NCBI GenBank assembly: GCA_963713045.1
Contig: CAVQKE010000004.1
Location: forward strand, 288,001 to 352,000
Direction of reading: 5' to 3'
Length of the DNA: 64,000 nt
Source: an uncultured delta proteobacterium
Lineage (GTDB): Bacteria > Myxococcota > Myxococcia > Myxococcales > Myxococcaceae
Shown: one piece after another, positions 61,408-64,000 of the stretch
Position numbering within the stretch: position 1 is the first letter of the stretch
How the letters are laid out: every line of letters starts with the position of its first letter
Made by a program: the position numbers and the translations under genes
Notes under the pieces: model-generated
The model's input: only the letters and a program-made list of their open reading frames with translations
The model's database searches: none
What the model was told of the DNA's origin: nothing

Positions 61408-61629
61408 TTACGCCCCGCCGCCTACGAAGGTCACCACCTCCAGCACATCGCCCTCGGCCAGTTGCACTTCGGCGTGCTCCGCCTGACGCAGCACGGTGCC
61501 ATTGCGCTCCACCGCCACCCGGCCTCGAATGCCCAGTGCGTGGAGCAGCTCGACGACGGTGGCGCCAGCGTTGACTTCTTGCCGCGCCCCGTTGACGGTC
61601 AGCCGCAGCTTCTGGCTACTGGGCTTCAT
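61408..61629 (-). CDS. thiS: Sulfur carrier protein ThiS
   Basis: 'TVNG', 'VAVERNG', '[15 protein letters not shown]'. Adjacent to thiG. Confidence 0.92.
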   Translation of the reverse strand: MKPSSQKLRLTVNGARQEVNAGATVVELLHALGIRGRVAVERNGTVLRQAEHAEVQLAEGDVLEVVTFVGGGA

Positions 61630-62495
61630 CGGCCGAGGATGTCCGGGTCCTGAAGGTAGGTGTCGGTGAGGCGCCGTGGCCGGCGAAAGCGCGCCGCCAA
61701 CCGGTGCAGCTGGGCACGCGCCAACAGCCAGGCCCTGCGCCAGGCACTCAATTCAGAGAGGCGCCCCTGAAGCAGTCCCATTCGCTGCAGGCGCAATTCG
61801 GTCACGTCCACCACGTGCCGCAAAAAGGCCTCCGCCTGCGAGAGCACCTCATGCCGTTGCCCCAGCTGCCGTTGCACGTGGCGCGCAAGGCGTGGAAGGG
61901 CGAGCAGGGAGAGGAGGTTCATCCCGAGCAGCACGCTTGCCAGGCGGGAGTCCGCTTGGACCAGGGCCAGCGTCTGCTGCTCTCCAAAAGCCACATGGCG
62001 CTCCTCTTGGCGGGCCGCGCCTTCCAACAGGCGGACAACGGCAGGCTCGTCGACGGTGTCGATGAGGGCCTGGAAGACGGCCAGCACCATCCCTTCGCCG
62101 ACTGCCATCTCGGTGCTGACGTGCTCGGCGAAGTCTCTGCCCATGCCTCCGGTGGACAGCCACCGCACCACCGGATGGGCCGGCCCGGGCTGCGTCCCGA
62201 GCAAGGTGTGCAGCCGGAGGAAGACGCGCACGTGGGCCAGCTCTTCGGTTGCTTGTCGGGCAAAGAAGTTGGCCGCCTCGAGGCTGGGCGCGCCGTAGAG
62301 CCAGTGGCCGCACTGGATGCCGGTGACTTCGCCGTACAGAAACTGGTCTGCCACCCAACCCAACAGCGAGGCATCCCGGGGAAGGCGGAATTTGGCGCCG
62401 TGGAAGTCAAAGCGGAGTGCCTCTCGAGGAACCAGCATGGTGCTGGCTTGGCGTCGGTCGGCTTCTAGCGCGAGGACTCTTGACTCGGGCTTCAT
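61626..62495 (-). CDS. Ferritin-like di-iron carboxylate protein
   Basis: E..ExxH..E..ExxH pattern: 'LYGEV', 'EELAH', 'VGEG', 'EERH'. Confidence 0.8.
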   Translation of the reverse strand: MKPESRVLALEADRRQASTMLVPREALRFDFHGAKFRLPRDASLLGWVADQFLYGEVTGIQCGHWLYGAPSLEAANFFARQATEELAHVRVFLRLHTLLGTQPGPAHPVVRWLSTGGMGRDFAEHVSTEMAVGEGMVLAVFQALIDTVDEPAVVRLLEGAARQEERHVAFGEQQTLALVQADSRLASVLLGMNLLSLLALPRLARHVQRQLGQRHEVLSQAEAFLRHVVDVTELRLQRMGLLQGRLSELSAWRRAWLLARAQLHRLAARFRRPRRLTDTYLQDPDILGR

Positions 62496-62531
62496 GGCGG
62501 CCCTTCAGTCTAACCTCTGTCCCACCAGCCT

Positions 62532-63533
62532 GTGGACTTCGTCTCCCTGCACCGCACGGCGTACGTCGCAGATGCGCACGCCGACAGCTTGCTTTGGAAC
62601 CGCGACCTCCGGGTGCGACAGCGCAACGGTCACGTGGACTTTGTTCGCCTGCGCGAGGCTGGAGTTCGCCTGCAAGCCTTTACCGTCGTCACCCGGGGCT
62701 TCCCGGTGGTGGGTGGCTTCTGGCCGTTCGCCGTCTGGCAGGGCTGGCCGGCCGCCGCACGCAGAAGCCCCTGGGCCCGGGCGCAATTTCAAATTGCCCG
62801 CTTGCATGCCTTCTGCGACGACCCGGCGGCGCGCGCCCGGGTGGTGACATCTCGCAGCGAGTTGGAGGCCGCTGAAGGCGAGGGTCAATTGGCCTGCGTC
62901 CTCGGCATTGAAGGCGGCCATGCCCTGGAGGGAAGCGTCGACCGGGTGGCGGAGTTGGCCCGTTTGGGGGTGCGCTTCCTCGGCCTCACCCATTTGTCGG
63001 CCAACACCCTGGGGGGAGCAGCGACGCCGGGGATGCGAGGCGGTGGCCTATCGCCCTTGGGCGCCCAGGTGGTGGAGGCGATGGGCGCAGCCGGACTGGC
63101 CCTCGACGTGGCGCACGCCTCGCCGAGGCTTCTGCAGGCGCTCCTCGCACAGCAGAAGGCGCAGGTCTTCTGTTCTCACACCGGCGTCCAGGGCGCGTCC
63201 GCAAGCTGGCGCAACCTCTCCGACTCCGCGTTGAGGGCCATCGCCGACCGGGGCGGGGTGGTGGGCATCCTCTTCGGCACCAACTACCTCGGTGGCCGCG
63301 AACTCAGCGACGTGGCCCGTCACCTGGAGCATGCCGTCCAAGTGGCCGGCGAGGAGGCGGTGTGCCTGGGGAGCGATTACGACGGCTTCGTCCCGCTGCC
63401 GCGCGGCATGCGCGACGTGAGTGACTTGCCCCGGCTGACGGAGGTGCTGCTGGCTCGCGGACACCCCTGGCCGTTGGTGGAAAAGCTTCTCGGCCTCAAC
63501 CTGCGTCGCTTCTTTGCCCGGGTGCTGGGGTGA
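62532..63533 (+). CDS. Membrane dipeptidase (peptidase M19)
   Basis: 'DAHAD', 'GIEG', 'LTH', 'DVAH', 'SHTG', 'RNLSD', 'LGSDYDG'. Confidence 0.92.
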   Translation: MDFVSLHRTAYVADAHADSLLWNRDLRVRQRNGHVDFVRLREAGVRLQAFTVVTRGFPVVGGFWPFAVWQGWPAAARRSPWARAQFQIARLHAFCDDPAARARVVTSRSELEAAEGEGQLACVLGIEGGHALEGSVDRVAELARLGVRFLGLTHLSANTLGGAATPGMRGGGLSPLGAQVVEAMGAAGLALDVAHASPRLLQALLAQQKAQVFCSHTGVQGASASWRNLSDSALRAIADRGGVVGILFGTNYLGGRELSDVARHLEHAVQVAGEEAVCLGSDYDGFVPLPRGMRDVSDLPRLTEVLLARGHPWPLVEKLLGLNLRRFFARVLG

Positions 63534-64000
63534 GGCGTCCCCCGGGTGAGGTGCGAGCGCTGACTCTCAACGACTTGCCTGGGTGCGAGGCCCTCTGCGC
63601 TGCCATCCACTGGCCGTGGGAGAGGCAGAAGTGGCACCTCCTCTTGTCCCAAGGCGAAGGCTTCGGCGTGGAGGCGCCGGACGGCTCGCTGGTCGGCACC
63701 GTGGTCCTCAACCGCTTCGGGGATGCGGCCGCCAGCGTCGGCCTGATGGGCGTTGCCCCAGCCTGGGGCCGCCGGGGGCTGGGCCGGGCGCTGATGGAGG
63801 CCGCCCTGGACAGGGCCGGGCCCATGCCGGTCTTCCTTTACGCCACGGCCCAGGGGCAGGCCCTCTACGCCCAACTGGGCTTCCGCATCGCCGGTAGCGT
63901 CTGTCGCTTCGTCGGCAGCCGGCGGCGACGCGCCGCCGCGCCCCTGCTGAATGGCCGGCAGCTTCGGCGCATGGGGGCGGCGGACTTGGCCGAAGTGTCG
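63530..64000 (+). CDS. GNAT family N-acetyltransferase (partial, runs off the window)
   Basis: GTGA overlap with the dipeptidase stop. Open to the end of the window with 'VGLMGVAPAWGRRGLGRALM', 'LYATAQGQALYAQLGF'. Confidence 0.85.
   Translation, partial: MRRPPGEVRALTLNDLPGCEALCAAIHWPWERQKWHLLLSQGEGFGVEAPDGSLVGTVVLNRFGDAAASVGLMGVAPAWGRRGLGRALMEAALDRAGPMPVFLYATAQGQALYAQLGFRIAGSVCRFVGSRRRRAAAPLLNGRQLRRMGAADLAEVS

Noticed and set aside
62496..62531. TPP riboswitch ahead of the thi genes
   Set aside because: Only 36 bp separate the divergent genes and no TPP consensus is visible.

Overview
GC-rich (~69% by eye) chromosomal window from a myxobacterium (Myxococcota, Myxococcales-like). The assignment rests on a tgl-type TPR lipoprotein locus, a TIGR02266-like PilZ protein, a DUF4388 protein, FHA/Ser-Thr kinase genes and Cys-rich lipoproteins. 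Most of it is core genome: phasin pair-slt-tgl-recO, glyQS, polA, divIVA, tRNA-Lys/tRNA-Glu, greB, phoH, dnaK (frameshifted as given), a diadenylate cyclase-like gene, dksA, relA/spoT, ridA, an ABC transporter, a PBP, the full system I ccmABCDEFGH(I) operon and thiS-thiG-thiE. Accessory-looking parts are two clusters of uncharacterised surface lipoproteins flanking glyQS, a small nucleotidyltransferase pair and a mixed islet between divIVA and the tRNA-Glu 3' end. No integrase, transposase, prophage, rRNA or CRISPR array was seen. Best leads: (i) a VWA plus Cys-repeat lipoprotein module, and strong D[AG]G tripeptide enrichment in the secreted lipoproteins; (ii) a zinc-ribbon triad (FHA2 / kinase / FHA2 with mirror-image degenerate FHA domains) between dksA and relA, next to a DacZ-like cyclase; (iii) a thi operon headed by a di-iron ferritin-like gene, with a ThiS ending in GGA; (iv) near-total GATC avoidance broken in one ~1.2 kb segment. 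All family calls are from motif recognition by eye; no database search was run.
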